Part shown: piece after piece, positions 63,180-64,000 of the stretch
Position numbering within the stretch: position 1 is the stretch's first letter
Layout of the letters: every line of letters begins with the position of its first letter
Source of the DNA: Planctomycetota bacterium
GTDB taxonomy: Bacteria > Planctomycetota > UBA8742 > UBA2392
Assembly (NCBI GenBank): GCA_020845475.1
Contig: JADLFN010000046.1
Span: 12,997 to 76,996 of the forward strand
Length of the DNA: 64,000 nt
Direction: 5' to 3'
The notes under the pieces: generated by a model
Database searches by the model: none
Seen by the model: only the letters and a program-made list of their open reading frames with translations
What the model was told of the DNA's origin: nothing
Made by a program: the position numbers and the translations under genes

Positions 63180-63191
63180 GTTGGACGCGGC

Positions 63192-64000
63192 CTAGGCCAG
63201 CTCTGCCAGCTTCAGGTAGTTGGCGACGCACAATTCGGCCAGGCGCTCGCCATCGGCTTCCTTGATATCCGCGCCGAAGCTGATGCGGATGCAGCCCTGC
63301 GCGTCTTCCCATGAAAGCCCCATGGCACGCAAGACGTGGCTCGGGTCGGTTTCTCCAGGCGCGCAGGCGCTGCCAAGGCCCACGCAAAAACCCTGCTCGC
63401 CAAGCTCGATGCCCAGCGCCTGGCCCTCGATGCCAATGAAACTGACATTGCTGATGTTGGGCAGGCGCGGCGCACCCTCGCCGTTAACGCGGATTTTCCC
63501 GCCCAGCTTTTTCTTGAGCGTGGCTTCCAGCGCGTCGCGGATCTTGGCCACGCGCGGCCAGACTTTCTCGCGCTCGGCTTCCGCCAGCTCGAGGGCCAGC
63601 GTGATGCCGGCCTGTCCGGAAATGTCCTCTGTGCCGGCGCGATAGCCCCACTCCTGCGGGCCGCCCACGATCTGCGGCTCCAACCGATTGGTCATTTCGT
63701 TGTACAGCAGGCCCGTGCCGCGCGGGCCGCCGAACTTCGCACCCGCCAGCGAGAGCAGATCGCAGCCCATCTCGCGCGGCTTGATGGGTAGCTTGCCAAA
63801 GCCCTGCACGGCGTCGCAATGGAACTTCGCGCCGGCAGCGTGCGCAACCTTCGCGATCTCGCTGACCGGCTGGATCACGCCCGTTTCGTTGTTGGCAAGC
63901 ATGATGCTGACGAGCGCCGTCTTCTCCCCCACCAATTTGCGCAGCGCATTGAAATCGACGACGCCCTGCGGCGTCACCGGCGCAAACTTCACCTTGAAAC
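63192..64000 (-). CDS. cysteine desulfurase (NifS/IscS-like class V aminotransferase), C-terminal part; gene continues beyond the window end
   Basis: ..LANNETGVIQP.., ..FHCDAVQGFGK.., ..GSACAPGETDPSHVLRAMG (active-site Cys loop). The PLP-Lys region reads LAGAKFGGPRGTG rather than the usual SGHK. Confidence 0.85.
   Translation of the reverse strand, partial: FKVKFAPVTPQGVVDFNALRKLVGEKTALVSIMLANNETGVIQPVSEIAKVAHAAGAKFHCDAVQGFGKLPIKPREMGCDLLSLAGAKFGGPRGTGLLYNEMTNRLEPQIVGGPQEWGYRAGTEDISGQAGITLALELAEAEREKVWPRVAKIRDALEATLKKKLGGKIRVNGEGAPRLPNISNVSFIGIEGQALGIELGEQGFCVGLGSACAPGETDPSHVLRAMGLSWEDAQGCIRISFGADIKEADGERLAELCVANYLKLAELA

Overview
GC-rich bacterial chromosomal segment. I saw no rRNA, CRISPR array, transposase or integrase. 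The backbone is housekeeping and mostly on the minus strand: sucC (5' end), coaD, an HPt plus REC-GGDEF pair, accB-accC, a cyclophilin fusion, recG, moaE, an M50 protease, a GT9 heptosyltransferase, mfd plus a SurA-like gene, a CT398-type zinc-ribbon gene, rpoD-dnaG, tRNA-Glu(CUC), a 943-aa multi-PDZ HtrA-like protease, a truncated dcw cluster (mraZ-orf85-rsmH-ftsL-ftsI-murE-murF-mraY, then nothing canonical), pyrF, a Ser/Thr kinase, aroA and a NifS/IscS-like gene (3' part). Between these lie many signal-peptide or lipoprotein genes of unknown function, several sharing a recurrent C-terminal module. There are also two toxin-antitoxin-like modules (a PIN module and a frameshifted HigB-2/HigA-2 pair) and an uncharacterised HEAT-repeat operon. 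The most unusual signals are structural. (1) Arrays of 7-nt repeats form long inverted repeats; one pair brackets a 23S-rRNA-IVS-type four-helix-bundle gene wedged between accB and accC. (2) GGGGACWGTCCCC and GGGGCGACA..TGTCGCCCC palindromes sit in frame inside aroA. (3) A ~235-bp hairpin-dense repeat occurs twice in opposite orientation. (4) A 200-aa ORF is flanked by ~53-bp direct repeats that duplicate the 3' end of the upstream gene. Gene content and repeat types suggest a PVC-group (Planctomycetota-like) organism, but this is inference only. All calls come from reading the sequence and the ORF track; no database search was possible.
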